DNA of 64,000 nucleotides from an uncultured Spirochaetota bacterium (lineage in GTDB: Bacteria > Spirochaetota > Spirochaetia > SZUA-6 > CAVTHK01). The position numbers were made by a program, and so were the translations under genes. Numbering within the stretch: position 1 is the stretch's first letter; each line of letters begins with the position of its first letter. Below are positions 1-10,632 of this stretch, in pieces. The DNA is taken from assembly GCA_963734495.1 (NCBI GenBank), contig CAVTHK010000016.1:192001-256000 (forward strand). The letters are read 5' to 3'. The notes beneath the pieces were generated by a model, which saw only the letters and a list, made by a program, of their open reading frames with translations, was not told where the DNA came from and searched no databases.

Positions 1-1
1 C

Positions 2-2113
2 CTGTCCACGGACGAGTCCCTGCTGACGGGAGAATCGGTTCCCGTGCGCAAGGTTCCGTTCAGGGAGGCCCGGGAAATCGACAGGCCGGGCGGCGACGAT
101 CTGCCGTCTGTGTTCTCGGGAACCCTGGTGACAGCGGGCCAGGGCCTTGCTGAAGTCACTGCGACGGGGCCGCGCTCGGAGATAGGCAGAATCGGCAAGG
201 CGCTGCAGCAGGTCGAGCCGGAGCCGACCCTGCTGCAGAAGGAGACAGGGCGCCTGGTCCGCGTCTTTGCAATCGTCGGGCTGGCGGCCTGCGCGGTCGT
301 GGTTGTAGCGTTCGCGCTCACACGCGGCGGGAGCGCCGACATCTGGAAGCAGGGGCTCCTGGCGGGCATAGCCATGGCGATGGCGGCGCTGCCCGAGGAG
401 TTCCCGGTCGTGTTGACGGTCTTTCTCGCGCTGGGCGCGTGGCGGATTTCGCGCAGCAATGTGCTCACGCGTCGGATGCCGGCGATAGAGACGTTGGGCG
501 CGGCCACGGTCCTGTGTGTCGACAAGACAGGCACGCTCACGCAGAACCGGATGACCCTGCGGGCGCTGGCGGTGCCAGGCCGCGTTCTTGACCTGGCGGC
601 GCTCCGAGGCGATCTCCCCGGAGATCTGCACGGCCTCCTCGAAGATGCGATTCTGGCGAGCAAGCGCGACCCCTTCGACCCCATGGAGCGGGCCCTGCAC
701 GAGGCGGGAGACCGCCTGGTCAAGGACACGGAGCACTTGCACCCCGGATGGTCGCTGGCGCGAGAGTACCCGTTGACCCCCGGTCTGCTCGCGGTTAGCC
801 ATGCCTGGCTCACGGGGAATGGAGACGAAGTCAGACTGGCGGCCAAAGGCGCGCCCGAGGCCATAGCGGATCTCTGTCACCTGACGCAGCCTCAGCGGGA
901 GTCCCTGTCGCGCGACGTCGCGACACTGGCGTCCCAGGGCCTCCGAGTCCTCGGGGTGGCGAGGGGAGCCACGCGCGAGGAACGTCTGCCCGAGGAACAC
1001 CACGAACTGTCGCTCGACGTCGTCGGCCTGATCGGCCTGGAAGATCCCGTGCGGCCGACGGTTCCAGCGGCGGTCGCGGAGTGCCAGGCCGCAGGAGTCC
1101 GTGTCGTGATGATCACCGGCGATTATCCCGTGACCGCCCAGAGCATCGCCCGCCAGGCCGGGCTGGGAGAATGCCTTGCAGCGATCACCGGGCCGGAGTT
1201 GGACCGAATGAACGACGACGATCTGGCCCGGCGAATCCGGGACGTCCACGTCTTCGCGCGCGTGGTGCCGGAGCAGAAACTCCGCATCGTGGCCGCCTTG
1301 AAGGCCAACGGCGACGTGGTCGCCATGACCGGCGACGGGGTCAATGACGCCCCCGCTCTCAAGGCCGCGCACATCGGCATAGCCATGGGCGGCCGTGGGA
1401 CCGATGTGGCTCGGGAATCGGCTTCGCTGGTGCTTCTCGATGACGACTTCTCCTCGATCGTCGCCGCGATTCGTCTGGGCCGGCGCATCTTTGACAACAT
1501 CAAGAAGGCGATCGCTTTCATTCTCGCAGTGCACGTCCCTATCGCCGGTCTGTCGATGCTTCCCGTCTTTTTCGCCGACTGGCCCCTTCTGCTCCTGCCG
1601 GTCCACATCCTGTTCCTGGAGCTCATTATCGACCCCTCCTGCTCGCTCATTTTCGAGGCCGAGGATGCCGAAGCCGACGTGATGGGTCGACCGCCGAGAA
1701 GCCCGAACGAACGGCTCTTCTCCCCGACGACCATAGCAGTCGCGATCACGCAAGGGCTCAGCGTCCTTGCCATGTGCCTCGGCGTATTCCTCGTGGCCCG
1801 CGCCGATCATTCGCCCGATGCTGCTCGTGCCCTGACATTCGCAACCCTGGTGGCGGCCTTTGTCGTCGTCATCCTCGTCAACCGATCGTGGACTCGATCG
1901 GGGCTGGCGATGCTGCGGGTCCCCAACACGGCGCTGCGATGGGTGGTGGGCGGCGCGTGCACTTTTCTTGCGCTGATCCTCACCGTGCCGTTCGCGCGGA
2001 GTCTCTTCCACTTCGCGCCGCTCCACGCCAGCGATCTCGTCCTCGGTGTTGGAGCTGGAGTGGTGTGCGTCCTGTGGTTCGAGCTCCTCAAGGCAGCGAG
2101 ACGGCTCGTCTGA
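2..2113 (+). CDS. Cation-translocating P-type ATPase (Ca2+/P2A-like), 5' end outside window
   Basis: Frame is open from base 2 (LSTDESLLTGES). Motifs PEEFP, DKTGTLT (phosphorylation site), KGAPE, TGD and MTGDGVNDAPAL; C-terminal TM helices. Confidence 0.95.
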   Translation: MSTDESLLTGESVPVRKVPFREAREIDRPGGDDLPSVFSGTLVTAGQGLAEVTATGPRSEIGRIGKALQQVEPEPTLLQKETGRLVRVFAIVGLAACAVVVVAFALTRGGSADIWKQGLLAGIAMAMAALPEEFPVVLTVFLALGAWRISRSNVLTRRMPAIETLGAATVLCVDKTGTLTQNRMTLRALAVPGRVLDLAALRGDLPGDLHGLLEDAILASKRDPFDPMERALHEAGDRLVKDTEHLHPGWSLAREYPLTPGLLAVSHAWLTGNGDEVRLAAKGAPEAIADLCHLTQPQRESLSRDVATLASQGLRVLGVARGATREERLPEEHHELSLDVVGLIGLEDPVRPTVPAAVAECQAAGVRVVMITGDYPVTAQSIARQAGLGECLAAITGPELDRMNDDDLARRIRDVHVFARVVPEQKLRIVAALKANGDVVAMTGDGVNDAPALKAAHIGIAMGGRGTDVARESASLVLLDDDFSSIVAAIRLGRRIFDNIKKAIAFILAVHVPIAGLSMLPVFFADWPLLLLPVHILFLELIIDPSCSLIFEAEDAEADVMGRPPRSPNERLFSPTTIAVAITQGLSVLAMCLGVFLVARADHSPDAARALTFATLVAAFVVVILVNRSWTRSGLAMLRVPNTALRWVVGGACTFLALILTVPFARSLFHFAPLHASDLVLGVGAGVVCVLWFELLKAARRLV

Positions 2114-2663
2114 GTTCGCGGGTGGCTGCAGAGGCAGCGGCGTCGTCGCGAGGGGTGATCGCGCCCGCGGGGAGCGGTTGTCTCAGTGGGGACCGGTGAC
2201 CTGCCGGCGAACGGTTCGCCGCGCAGGATCTTCTCGAAGCTGGGCGGGTCCGCTCCGGTTGTGACTGCGACTTTCAGGGGCGGGCCCAGGCCGCGCTTCG
2301 TTGCCGTCGATCGCGTGAAACCAGATCCACGACAACCGGTTGAGCGGTCTTCACGCGCCGGACCCGGTGTGTGAACAACTGTGGAGGAGCGGCTTCCCTG
2401 TCTTCAACCTCACTGACCCCAATAGCGCTCTGTTGCGAAAGAGCAGGCAGGACAGCTGCGAGCAGGCGTTGCAGTGCACAAGCTGTGGCAGGCAGCGACC
2501 GCAGCCAGATGGTGCCGGCCACGGCTGTCATCGACACCCCCAGCTATGCCAATCAGTCGGAGCCCACTCTGCCGAGCCTTCCGGAGTCTGGTGGGGCGGC
2601 GGGGTCGGCCCCGACCGCGGATAAGTCAACGTCGAGGCGATGGAGCGGTTCGCAGAAAAGGTT

Positions 2664-4714
2664 CTAGTAGATCTTCCGCAGCTCCGCGGCCCCGTAATAG
2701 TGGCGGAGGATTGCGGCGGCGTCGATGCCGTCCGCGGCCATGCCCGCGGCCCCACTCTGGCACAGGCCGACGCCGTGCCCCCAGCCCGCCCCGGTAAAGA
2801 CAAAGTACTGCGGAAGCCCGTCCGGGCCGAGCTTGGGCTCCACCACGAACAGGTTGCTGCGCAGCCCGCCGAGGGCCCACCGGATGGAGTCGCCGCGGAC
2901 CGTGCGCGCGCCGGCCGTGCCCTGAATGCGGACCTCCGACACGCGCCCGCTCGTGCCGCGGGCCTCGGCCTCGATGCCGACCACGCTGCCCAGGGAGGCG
3001 CCGACGTCCAGCCGCGCCTCGATCTCGCTCCGGGGGACCCAGATCTCCCAGCGGTAGGCGCTTCGCGACGAGTAGCGGGGCCGGGAGCTGTAGGTGTCGG
3101 GCCTGTCGCTGAGCCACCGCGAGAGCGCGTCGGGCGCCAGCGGAAAGGCCGATGCGTCGAGCAGCGGGTCCGCGACCGCGGGCAGCGTCGACGCGAAGCC
3201 CCAGACGGCCTGCGTGGTCTCGGTGTGGCCGCCAGAGTTGGCGGAATAGAAGGCGGATAGCGGCTTTTCGCCGTCCATGAGCGCCATCCCGCGGGTGGCA
3301 TCGACCGCGGCCCGCACCGTCGGCGTCTCGTTCTGCAGCCCCCGGTATTCCGCGGACCACACGTTGCCCAGAAGGTCGAACCCCCGCTTCGCGTACCTGC
3401 CGAGGTTGGCCATCGTGTAGCTGCGGGCAGCGACCGCCTGCGCCTCGAGCGCGGCCGCGGGCCAGGATGCCGGCATCTCCGAAGGCACCACCGAGTACAG
3501 GTATTCCTCGATCGGCAGCGCGTCGACGAGCGTCAGCCCGCCCTGCCTGCGGCACGATCTCCATGCGCCCCCGGTACATGCGGTCTTCGCTCCCCGCCCA
3601 GAAGCTGCCGCGCCCGTACTCGACGTCGAACACGACCGTCGTGTCCGCGGGGTCGTCGTAGACGAGGGTCACGGCCGAGCGCGGAGCGCACCAGCGCCGA
3701 TCCGTCGGTCACCTCGAGCCCGCCGTCGACGAGGCGGGCGGTCAGGGCGGCGCCGGAGCCGCCCGCGGCGAGACGGGTGGGCGGCTTGCCCGGGCTTTCG
3801 TTCCAGTACAGCGCGTAGGAGCCGCCTGTCTTGAGGTGAAGCTCCTTCGCCCCCTCCACCAGGCCGATGCGCACCGCGGGCTGCGCCTCCCGGTCCGCGG
3901 ACAGGGCTTCAGCCTTGCGGGCGACCACGGCCGATCGGCGTTCGGTCTGCGCTGTCTGCGCCCGGGCGACCAGCGCCGGGTTGTCGCGCTCGAGCCCGGC
4001 GATGAGCTCCGGGATCTCCCGGTCGCCGGGCAGGCTGGCGGCCGCGCGCTGAAGAAGGCTGTAAGCCCGCTCGGGAAGGCCCCGAGCCACGTAGATCCGT
4101 GCCAGAGGCAGGTAGCTCGCGGTCAGGTTGGGCTCCTGGGCAAGGGCCTCGCGGTACGCGGACTCAGCCCCGTCGAGATCGCCCAGATCGCGGCGCAGCG
4201 TCGCGCACCAGTACCAGGCCATGGGTTGGAAGCTCTGCCGCGCCAGGCTGGCGGCGAGAGCCGCGAGGGCCCGATCCTTTCGGCCTTCGTCGCTGAGGGC
4301 CAGGCCCGACAGGTAGAGCGACCGGGCCGACGGAGCCAGCTGCTCGAGGTAGTGCAGCGCGCGCTCGGGCTGGCGCGCGAACAGCGCGGTCTCCGCAGCC
4401 GCGAGGCGGACGGGCTCGCTGCCGGGCTGCGCGTCCAGCAGAGCGTCGAGGTGGACCATCGCCTCTTCGGCCAGGCCCTCGCTTCGCAGCACCCGCGCGA
4501 GGTCCAGGCGCGCCGAAACGTCGTCCGGATCGGCCGCGAGGACCGCGCGGTAGTCGCGGATGCAGGCCGCGAGGTCGCCCCTGTAGAAGGCGTCAAAGGC
4601 GTCGGCCCGGGTCGGGGCCGCGGCGGAGGAGTCGGCCTGGGCGCCGCGGCCGTGCGCAGTCAGCGGCAGCAGAACGGCGACGAGCGCGATCGAGAGCTTG
4701 CGGAGAAGAGGCAT
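2664..4714 (-). CDS. Secreted TPR-repeat + SpoIID/LytB-domain peptidoglycan lytic transglycosylase (2 apparent frameshifts, ~3530 and ~3680)
   Basis: Signal peptide MPLLRKLSIALVAVLLPLTAHG, then TPR helices, VRIGL, VPSEMPASWPAAALEAQAVAARSY and GAGWGHGVGLCQSGA..ILRHYY. Stitched from ORFs 3533..5257, 2626..3672 and 2664..3491. Confidence 0.85.
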
Positions 4715-4721
4715 GGCGGCG

Positions 4722-5208
4722 TCAGCGCGGCTGGCGGGCGGCCGCCGCGGCCAGCTCCTCGATCGCCGCCGGGTCGATCCGCTCCAGGTCCTCGGCGGTG
4801 CCTGCGATCTTGCGGAAGAGGAAGCGCTCGACCGGACCGAGCGACGCCAGGCGGATCGCCCCCCCGAGGGGCAGCGCGGCGAAGGCGTGGCGTGGTGAGC
4901 CACGGGGGGAACGCCTCCGCGAGCTCGGCGCGGGCGCGCTCGCCCGTGTAGAAGCAGCAGATGAACAGGCCGACCCTGCGGCCGAGGAGCGCGTCGCGGT
5001 TGCGCTCGCAGAAGCGCGGCACGCGCTGGTGGATGCGGCCGCCGTAGATGGGGCCGCCGATGAGGACGACCTCGCGGCCTTCCAGCTGCGGCGAAGAGGC
5101 GGCGCGCAGGTCGGCCAGATCCGCGCCGCCCGGGAGCGCTTTGGCGAGAAGCCGGGCGCACGCCTCGGTCGTCCCGTGCCTGGTCGAGTAGACTATGAGC
5201 GCTTTCAC
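4722..5208 (-). CDS. Flavodoxin-domain protein (HemG/Flavodoxin_5-like), 1 frameshift ~4890
   Basis: LIVYSTRHGTT FMN phosphate loop and VLIGGPIYGG. The alternative frame continues AFAALPLGGAIRL..ERFLFRKI to a stop at 4722. Confidence 0.8.
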
Positions 5209-5531
5209 TTGTCGCGGGCCTCCGCGGGTCTCGCGTCAGCGGGGTTCGCAGCGGCATCGCGGGCGCTGCGGCGGACGTGGTAGATCCGGTTCCGCACGGT
5301 GAACGCGATGTCCGTCATGACCATGGCGCCGTTGAGGGCGTACAGGGCGATCACGTAGTCTGGGCGGGTGGTGAGCTTGTGGAGGATCCCGGCGACGTAG
5401 CCGACCAGGATGACGGCCAGGAAGAGCAGACTCTTGGAGCCCACCTCGCGGGTGGTCACCGACTTGTAGATGGAGAAGGGCCACGCTGCCCCGAAACAGA
5501 CGAGCATGAGGATCTCGAAGATGCTCTTCAT
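5205..5531 (-). CDS. Small 3-TM membrane protein, PQ-loop/SemiSWEET-like
   Basis: MKSIFEILMLVCFGAAWPFSIYKS..SKSLLFL; three hydrophobic segments; 4-bp overlap with the next gene. Confidence 0.7.
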   Translation of the reverse strand: MKSIFEILMLVCFGAAWPFSIYKSVTTREVGSKSLLFLAVILVGYVAGILHKLTTRPDYVIALYALNGAMVMTDIAFTVRNRIYHVRRSARDAAANPADARPAEARDK

Positions 5532-5543
5532 GGCGACAGGGAG

Positions 5544-5572
5544 GGTGTACTCGAAGGCCCCGCCGCCGTCAA
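5544..5572 (-). promoter_or_regulatory. Candidate sigma70 promoter for the PQ-loop/flavodoxin/SpoIID operon
   Basis: TTGACG-17 nt-TACACC on the minus strand. Confidence 0.45.
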
Positions 5573-5883
5573 GCCGCAGGCACGCCTCGGCCCGGCGGCC
5601 TCGGCGGCGGCGCGGCCGGCGGGCACGCCTCGTGCGCCCGGCGCGCCGGCTCCGGGCGCGGTCGGCTCCGCGCGGTCGGCGCAGCCGGCTCCTCCGCGCC
5701 CTGGCGCGCAAAACCGCGCCGCCGCGCTTGATGGCCGAGCATCCGCGTAAGTATTGTTGAACCGCCGCCGGGCGCGGCACAGGCGCTCGCGAATTGCTTG
5801 CGAGCAAGGGAGTTGCCGGTGGCGTGTTTGGCGCGGCGCGGGATCGCTGGTTACATTTGTGACAGATCGCGAGGACAACGGCT

Positions 5884-7620
5884 TTGACACACGACTATGA
5901 CGCGGTGATCGTGGGCGCCGGCGGGGCCGGCCTCTATGCGGCGCTCGAGGCGAGCAGGACGGCGCGCACGGCTGTGGTCTCCAAGCTCTACCCGATGCGC
6001 AGCCACACCGGCGCGGCCCAGGGCGGCATCGGCGCGGCTCTCGGCAATATCGACGACGACAAGCCCGAGTGGCACGCCTTCGACACGATCAAGGGCGGCG
6101 ACTACCTGGTCGACCAGGAGGCGGCCACGATCCTCGCCGACGACGCGGTGCGGGCGGTCTACGACCTGGAGAACCGGGGGCTTCCCTTCAGCCGCACCTC
6201 CGAGGGAAAGATCGACCAGAGGCGGTTCGGCGGCCACACCCGGAACTTCGGCGAGGCGCCGGTGCACCGCTCCTGCTACGCCGCCGACCGCACCGGCCAC
6301 ATGATCCTGCAGACCCTCTACCAGCAGTGCATCAAGAACGAAGTGAGCTTCTTCGACGAGTTCCAGGCCGTCGACGTGATCATCGAGGACCAGCCGCTGC
6401 AAGGGGCTCGTCGCTCTCGAGCTGCGCACCGGCGAGCTGCACGTCTTCCGGGCCAAGGCGGTGCTCTTCGCCACCGGCGGCTTCGGCCGGATGTGCCGGA
6501 TCACGTCCAACGCCTACGCGAACACCGGCGACGGCCCCGCGCTCGTCGCTGCGCCGCGGCGTCCCGCTCGAGGACATGGAGTTCTTCCAGTTCCACCCCA
6601 CCGGGATCAAGGGAATGGGAATTCTCATCACCGAAGGGGTTCGTGGCGAAGGCGGCATCCTCCGCAACCGCTCGGGCGAGCGCTTCATGGAGCGCTACGC
6701 CCCGACGCTGCTCGACCTTGCGCCGCGCGACATGGTGTCGCGCGCGATCCTGACGGAGATCCGCGAGGGGCGCGGGATGCGGGGGGACCGCAGGCTCGAC
6801 GACTACCTGCTCCTCGACGCGACGCACCTCGGGCGGGACGTCGTGGAGAAGAAGCTGCCCGACATCACGGATTTCTGCCGGACCTACCTCGGCATCGACC
6901 CCGCGGACAAGCCGATCCCGATCCAGCCGACCGCGCACTACGCGATGGGCGGGATCCCGACCGACCTCGACGGGCCGCGTCGTCGACGACCGCCGCGTCT
7001 ACGAAGGGCTGTATGCCGCGGGCGAGTGCGCCTGCGTCTCGGTCCACGGGGCGAACCGCCTCGGCACGAACAGCCTCGTGGACCTCGTCGTCTTCGGCCG
7101 CCGCGCCGGCCAGGCACATCGCGAGCTACGTGCGGCAGGCGCGAGCCCCCGGGCGCCTTCAAGGACGCCGACGGCCCCGCGCGGGCGCGCCTCGCCGAGC
7201 TCAAGGACGGCAGCAAGGGGCCGGCCGCCGGGGCCCTTCTACAGGGAGATGCAGGACCTGATGATGAACCAGGTCGGTGTCTACCGGACCGAGGCGAGAT
7301 GACGGACGCCCTGGGGAAGCTGCGGGACCTGCGAGACCGCTACGCCGAGGTCCGGGCTCAGGAGAAGGGCAGCCGCTTCAACGCGGAAGTGCTGAACATC
7401 CTGGAGCTCGGGAACCTGATCGACCTGGCCCTCGTCACGACCGCCTCGGCGATCAACCGCCGGGAGTCCCGCGGCGCCCACGCGCGCGAGGACTTTCGCC
7501 GAGCGCGACGATGCGGGGTGGCTCAAGCACACGCTGGCCTGGCTCGAGCGGGGCGCGGTGCGGATCGGCTACAAGCCCGTGGACACGAGCCGCTTCAAGC
7601 CGAAGCCGCGAACGTACTGA
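5884..7620 (+). CDS. sdhA: Succinate dehydrogenase/fumarate reductase flavoprotein subunit (several frameshifts)
   Basis: [16 protein letters not shown] (covalent-FAD His), [39 protein letters not shown]; ends KPKPRTY*. Confidence 0.93.
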
Positions 7621-7643
7621 GGCCGGCGGGGACGCGGGACAAC

Positions 7644-7740
7644 GAGGGCCCGCCGGGTACGGCGGACTTGGGACCTGGCGAAGACGCCGAGAGGGCCCGC
7701 CGGGTACGGCGGACTTGGGACTTGCCGAGGACGGCAAGTC
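7644..7740. repeat. Two tandem ~47-bp units, each with two GC hairpins (REP/BIME-like)
   Basis: GAGGGCCCGCCGGGTACGGCGGACTTGGGAC is identical at 7644-7674 and 7691-7721. It contains the hairpin CCGCCG-GGTA-CGGCGG. A second hairpin is GACTTGCCG-AGGA-CGGCAAGTC (7719-7740). Confidence 0.85.
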
Positions 7741-7752
7741 AGAGGAGCGCGC

Positions 7753-8580
7753 ATGAGGATCACCCTTTCGATCGAGCGGTTCGACCCTGAGAGCCGGGTC
7801 GGGCCCCGCGGATGCAGTCCTACCAGGTGGACGTCGAGCCGACCGACCGGGTGCTCGACGCGCTGATGGAGATCCAGCGCAACGTGGACGGGACGCTCGC
7901 GCTCCGCAAGAGCTGCGCCCACGGCGTGTGCGGCTCGGACGCGATGGTGATCAACGGCACGACGCGCCTGGCGTGCAAGACCCTCGTGCGCGACGTCGCC
8001 GACAAGGAAGGCGCGACGATCGAGATCCGGCCGGCCAGGCACATGGAGACGTCAGCGCGACCTCATGGTCGACCAGCAGCGACGTTCTTCGCCAAGTTCC
8101 GGATGATGAAGCCGTATCTGATCCCCAAGGAGCCGGCTCCCGGCACTCGCGAGTACCTGCAGAGCCCCGAGGATCGCGCCCTCATCGACGACGCGACCAA
8201 GTGCATCAACTGCGGCTCCTGCTACTCGGCGTGCCCGGTCCTCGACACCAACCCCGAACTACATCGGGCCGGCGGCGATCGTCCAGGCCGCGCGCTTCAT
8301 CTTCGACACCCGGGACCAGGGGCTCGAGCCGAGGCTCGACGCGCTCGACACCCCCGACGGGGTCTGGTCGTGCGAGAACCACTTCGACTGCACGCGGGTA
8401 TGTCCGCGGGGGATCAAGGTCACCAAGCTGATCAACCTGACGAAGAAGGCGATCGAGAAATACCGCGCGGAACGCGGCGAGAAGTGCAACGATGGCGGAA
8501 AGCCCCACAACCCGGTCCCTCCGAAGAAGGCTCCGGACGGGGCCGGCGGACCAGGGGCACGGAAAGGCGCAAGAAAGTGA
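7753..8580 (+). CDS. sdhB: Succinate dehydrogenase iron-sulfur subunit (frameshifts ~7805 and ~8260)
   Basis: SCAHGVCGSD..LAC [2Fe-2S], CINCGSCYSACP [4Fe-4S] and CENHFDCTRVCP [3Fe-4S]. SD GAGGAG before ATG 7753. Stop overlaps the sucC GTG. Confidence 0.92.
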
Positions 8581-9719
8581 AAGTCCACGAGTACCAGGCG
8601 CGGGCGCTCTTCGAGGCGCGCGGGATCCCGACGCTGCAGGGCATCGTCGCGGAGACGCCGGCCGAGGCCGTGCGCGCGGCCGAGCGAATCGGGTGCCCGG
8701 CGGTCATCAAGGCGCAGGTGCTGGTCGGCGGCCGCGGAAAGGCCGGCGGCGTCAAGGTGGCGAAGCGGGCGTCGGAGGTGGAGAGCATCGCGGCCGGCAT
8801 TCTCGGACTGACCATCAAGGGTGAAGGGGTCCGAAAGGTGATGGTCTCGCCGGCGGCCGACATCGAGCGGGAGTACTACGTGGGGCTGGTGCTCGACCGG
8901 CACGAGAAGGCCATCACGCTCATGCTGACCGCAGAAGGCGGCGTCGACATCGAGGAGCTGGCCGTGACGCGGCCTGAGGCGATCGTGCGGGTGGCCCTGC
9001 AGCCCCACAAGGGCTACGACGGGGCCGCGGTCGCGACAGCTGTCGCCGGCGTGTTCCGGGGCGAGAGCCTCGCGCAACAGGCGCGGGACGCGATCGAGCG
9101 CCTCTACCGCCTGTTCGTGGAAAAGGACTGCTCGCTGGTCGAGATCAACCCCTATGCGCTGGTCGCGGGCGGACGCCTCGTGGCGCTGGACGCGAAGGTC
9201 AACTTCGACGACAACGCGCTGTACAAGCACGAGGACATCGCGGCGCTCGCGAGCCCCGAGGAGTACAGCCCCGACGAGCGGAAGGCGCGCGAAGCGGGCC
9301 TGAGCTTCGTGAGCATGGACGGCACGATCGGCTGCATCGTCAACGGCGCCGGGCTCGCGATGGCGACGATGGACATGATCAAGCTCTTCGGGGCCCAGCC
9401 GGCGAACTTTCTCGACGTCGGGGGCAGCTCAAACCCGGCGAAGGTGCTGAACGCCCTCAACATCATCCTCGCGAACCCGCGCATCGAAGCCATGCTGATC
9501 AACATCTTCGGCGGCATCACCCGCTGCGACGACATCGCCAACGGGATCCTCATGGCCAGGCGGCAGATCGAGATCCGCGTGCCGCTGGTCATCCGCCTGA
9601 TCGGCACCAACGACGCCGAAGGCCGCGCCATCCTGGAGAAGGCCGGCCTGTCCGCGTTCGAGCGCATGACCGACGCCGTGCAGAGAGTGGTCGCGGTCGC
9701 GCGGGAGGGGGCCCGATGA
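8577..9719 (+). CDS. sucC: Succinyl-CoA ligase beta subunit
   Basis: [45 protein letters not shown]. Confidence 0.96.
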   Translation: MKVHEYQARALFEARGIPTLQGIVAETPAEAVRAAERIGCPAVIKAQVLVGGRGKAGGVKVAKRASEVESIAAGILGLTIKGEGVRKVMVSPAADIEREYYVGLVLDRHEKAITLMLTAEGGVDIEELAVTRPEAIVRVALQPHKGYDGAAVATAVAGVFRGESLAQQARDAIERLYRLFVEKDCSLVEINPYALVAGGRLVALDAKVNFDDNALYKHEDIAALASPEEYSPDERKAREAGLSFVSMDGTIGCIVNGAGLAMATMDMIKLFGAQPANFLDVGGSSNPAKVLNALNIILANPRIEAMLINIFGGITRCDDIANGILMARRQIEIRVPLVIRLIGTNDAEGRAILEKAGLSAFERMTDAVQRVVAVAREGAR

Positions 9720-10582
9720 GCATCCTGGTCGACGGGAGCACGCGCGTGCTGGTGCAGGGGATCACCGGGAGGGACGGCTCGTTCCACGCCCGCACGATGG
9801 CTGCCGACGGCACCCGCGTGGTGGGCGGGGTCACGCCCGGCAAAGGCGGCGAGAAGGTCGAAACGCTCCCGGTCTTCAACAGCGTGCGCGAGTGCCGCGG
9901 AGAGACGGGCGCCGACTGCTCGGTCATCTTCGTGCCGGCGCGCTTCGCCTCCGCAGCGGTGAGGGAGTCGGCCGACGCCGGGATCCCCCTCATCGTCTGC
10001 ATCACCGAAGGGATGCCGGTCCTGGAGGTGATGGACCTGACCTTCCACGTGCGGGATCGCGGCGCGCGGCTGATCGGGCCGAACTGCCCGGGGCTCATCT
10101 CGCCGGGCAAGTGCAAGGTCGGCATCATGCCGGCGAAGATCCACAAGCAGGGCGGAATCGGCGTGATCTCGCGCAGCGGCACGCTGACCTACGAAGTCGT
10201 GCACGCCCTCACGGCGGCCGGGCTCGGCCAGTCCACCTGCGTCGGCATCGGGGGAGACCCCATCGTCGGGACCGGCTTTATCGACCTGCTCGAGCTCTTC
10301 GAGAAGGATCCGGGCACCGAGGGCGTTGCGCTCATCGGCGAGATCGGCGGGGAGGCCGAGGAAGAGGCGGCCGAATTCATCCGCAGCCGAATGTCCAAGC
10401 CCGTGGTCGCGTTCATTTCGGGACGGACGGCGCCGCCCGGAAAACGGATGGGGCACGCGGGGGCGATCATCTCGGGAGGGAAGGGAACGCCGGAGGCCAA
10501 GATCAAAGCGTTCGCCGCGGCCGGCGTCCCGGTGGCGGACCGGCCCGACCAGATCCCCGACCTGCTGAAGAAACGGCTGTAA
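9716..10582 (+). CDS. sucD: Succinyl-CoA ligase alpha subunit
   Basis: [28 protein letters not shown] (phospho-His). Confidence 0.97.
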   Translation: MSILVDGSTRVLVQGITGRDGSFHARTMAADGTRVVGGVTPGKGGEKVETLPVFNSVRECRGETGADCSVIFVPARFASAAVRESADAGIPLIVCITEGMPVLEVMDLTFHVRDRGARLIGPNCPGLISPGKCKVGIMPAKIHKQGGIGVISRSGTLTYEVVHALTAAGLGQSTCVGIGGDPIVGTGFIDLLELFEKDPGTEGVALIGEIGGEAEEEAAEFIRSRMSKPVVAFISGRTAPPGKRMGHAGAIISGGKGTPEAKIKAFAAAGVPVADRPDQIPDLLKKRL

Positions 10583-10632
10583 CGCGAGGGGCCGGCACGC
10601 CGCCCGGCCACCGCGCGAAGGAGCTCTGCGCA

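Noticed and set aside
2589..2613. Minus-strand CGGGG-CCGA-CCCCG-CCGCCCCACCA, resembling a tRNA/tmRNA 3' end or att site
   Set aside because: There is no TTCGA T-loop, and the upstream 50 nt give no matching acceptor strand, D-arm or anticodon arm. Probably chance in GC-rich DNA.
5884..7620. Programmed frameshifting or recoding (Sec/Pyl) in sdhA and other split genes
   Set aside because: I saw no slippery heptamers, no in-frame TGA/TAG at conserved catalytic positions and no SECIS-like hairpins. The shifts are scattered at random.
7644..7740. Possible mini CRISPR array
   Set aside because: Only two copies, a 16-nt spacer that is itself similar between units, and no cas genes in the window.
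7812..9719. Apparent SdhB-SucC fusion
   Set aside because: An indel near 8260 causes it. The corrected sdhB frame stops at 8580, overlapping the sucC GTG.
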